From Chiloscyllium plagiosum (lineage: Eukaryota): DNA of 64,000 nt. A model generated the notes under the pieces. It did no database searches, was not told the origin of the DNA, and worked only from the letters and a program-made list of their open reading frames with translations. The translations under genes were made by a program, and so were the position numbers. Within the stretch, counting starts at the first letter, position 1. Each line of letters starts with the position of its first letter. The stretch lies in assembly GCF_004010195.1 (NCBI RefSeq), contig NC_057751.1, positions 1,035,968 through 1,099,967 of the forward strand, given 5' to 3'. Below, one piece after another: positions 63,280 through 64,000 of this stretch.

Positions 63280-64000
63280 ACCACCATTCACGTCTGGATG
63301 TGACAGGACTGCTGAGTTGAGATCTGATCCATTGGCTGTGGGATTACTGAACTCTGTCCATCACTTGCCACTTACGCTGCTTGTCATGCAAGTTGGCCTG
63401 TTTGATCGCTTTACCAGGTTGGCACTTCAGTTTTAGGTATGCTGTGGATTAACCCACAATGCCCTCAGGGAGGGAATTCCAGGATTTTCACTCAGTGACA
63501 GTGAAACAACAGCAATGTTTTTTGTTGTCATTTTCAGTTTGACTTTTCCTTTATTCATTCTGTAGATGAGCCAACATGTATTGTCCATTTCTAATTGCAT
63601 CATGTGAAAGTGTTGGAGAGCTACCTTATCAAAGTGCTGCAGTCCTGAGAAGCTAGAGGGAGGTTGGTCCAGGATTTTGACCCAGTGGCACTAAAGGAAT
63701 TGTGATGTGTTTCCAGTTCAGGGTAGGGAGTGGCCTGGAGAAGAATTTGTGGGTTTGAGAGTGATTTCATTGCATCTTGTCGATGGTAGACACTGCTGCC
63801 AGTGTTCTGGTCTCAAATTGGCCTAATTCCTGACACATCGCCTCTTGCAATGTCAGACCTGTTGGAATACAGTTCCAGAAATCTTGTGGAAGTAACCACA
63901 AAATGTTTACTTTGTCAAAATGCAGTGGGTTCAATTTCTGCATTGGCTGTTGTACTTCGTGGACACATGTCTCCTCCCATTGTCCCATGTATATGGAGGA

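Overview
Eukaryotic genomic DNA, almost certainly from a cartilaginous fish (shark), inferred from the HE1/V-SINE, DeuSINE, CR1, Rex/Babar and Penelope repeat set. The window has three assembly gaps and is dominated by retroelement debris. The only credible protein-coding signal is a pair of phase-compatible + strand exons (1757-1890 and 7335-7611) that look like the last two exons of a gene I cannot name. A 776-bp solo LTR with a perfect 5-bp target-site duplication (TSD) sits 70 bp after that gene's stop codon. The most notable system is four Penelope-like element (PLE) families whose termini each carry a minimal hammerhead-ribozyme motif with the same core but family-specific, still-paired helices. 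One family also forms short non-coding fold-back insertions with 12-15-bp TSDs. Other points: a ~96-copy 33-bp minisatellite that appears to have grown out of a DeuSINE copy, a 58-bp inverted templated insertion copied from 3 kb away, a second solo LTR and several nested insertions. No CRISPR, rRNA, true tRNA genes or prokaryotic genes are supported. Family names come from recalled motifs, not database searches, and boundaries of old repeats are approximate.
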